A model generated the notes under the pieces. The model worked only from the letters and a program-made list of their open reading frames with translations, had not been told where the DNA came from and made no database searches. The position numbers were made by a program, and so were the translations under genes. Source: Seison nebaliae (Eukaryota). Taken from it: a DNA stretch of 32,857 bases. Shown here in pieces: positions 32,156-32,857 of this stretch (position 1 is the stretch's first letter; each line of letters opens with the position of its first letter). Location: assembly GCA_023231475.1 (NCBI GenBank), contig JALJEE010000809.1:1-32857 (forward strand). The letters run 5' to 3'.

Positions 32156-32857
32156 TTATGAAATGAAACTATTTCTCTCAATTGAACATAACATATTTTC
32201 CAACTCTGAACATTCATATCGTAAGGAGATGGGATAGTTGGCGATAGTGTCTGATCCCATAAATGATATCCATTGATATGAATCGAAATTGGATGGCGGT
32301 TGATCACATTTGATACGCATTTCGTTACGAAAAGCAGAGAATGCATTATCAGGAAATACATATCGTCCTTTCCCATCCATCAATAATCGATGACCGATTT
32401 GTCGACTAATATATTTGTTGTGGATGTTCAAATCATAATAAGAATTAGATCGATGTAAATTGAGTTTGAGTCGTGAAATGATTTCAAGAAAATCGTTTGG
32501 ACAATTCTTTAAGTAATCTCCTTTAAGATAATCGTCCCAAGATACGTTTTGGAAGAAATTCGATTTTCGTATATCATCGAAACTATTTGAGATAAAAATG
32601 AGGGAAATGATTAAGACAGATTTGCTAACCATTTAATACGGTAAACGGGATTGAAGAAGATTAATTGTGAAATTAATTGATAAAGATCTCGTTCAACCTT
32701 CACCGTCGTTTGGCGACCCATTGAAGAATTGAATAAGAATTCATATCGTTCATCCCATGGTGCTAACGGAATTGGGAAGTAATCCGGTTTCTCATAGAAC
32801 AAACAATTTACCATAAGAATTCCTGCGTCATAATAGTCTTTACCGTTCTTCCGCCAA
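32156..32857 (-). CDS. 3' part of a divergent AGC-like Ser/Thr protein kinase-domain gene (5' end outside window)
   Basis: Spliced over intron 32629-32583 it reads ...KDYYDAGILMVNCLFYEKP...DLYQLISQLIFFNPVYRIKCFDDIRKSNFFQNVSWDDY. This resembles kinase subdomains IX-XI (DWWxxGIL...DLIxxLLxxNPxxRL...DIKxHxFFxxVxWD). Confidence 0.6.

Noticed and set aside
1..32857. Prokaryotic systems (CRISPR, defence retrons), tRNA or rRNA genes, and the many short antisense ORFs
   Set aside because: The sequence is intron-containing eukaryotic DNA and the RT is Ty3/gypsy type. No repeat-spacer arrays or structured RNA genes were recognised. The short antisense ORFs are shadows of real CDSs.

Overview
Eukaryotic, AT-rich and very gene-dense DNA, most likely from a compact-genome animal, judging by the metazoan-type ALAS, DNAH12 and neuferricin; the species cannot be determined from sequence alone. 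In order, the window holds: the 3' part of an internally deleted Ty3/gypsy LTR retrotransposon whose pol ends in an ING-type PHD finger, followed by a PPT and a candidate 109-bp LTR; then MED21-like, GRHPR-like, ALKBH8, ALAS, a divergent VPS34 (minus strand), axonemal dynein heavy chain DNAH12-like, neuferricin/CYB5D2, WDR36/UTP21 (minus strand) and the 3' end of an AGC-like kinase (minus strand). I reconstructed 39 introns by hand from reading frame and protein motifs; most are 40-68 nt. They reveal an atypical 5' splice-site code: 35 GTT, 3 GTC, 1 GTG and 0 GTA, with +5G in only 8 of 39 and exonic -1 = A in 26 of 39. Other highlights are a candidate mutually exclusive exon pair in the dynein tail, the PHD-bearing gypsy element, a VPS34 with DRH changed to DRN, and two convergent genes whose stop codons share one TTAA.
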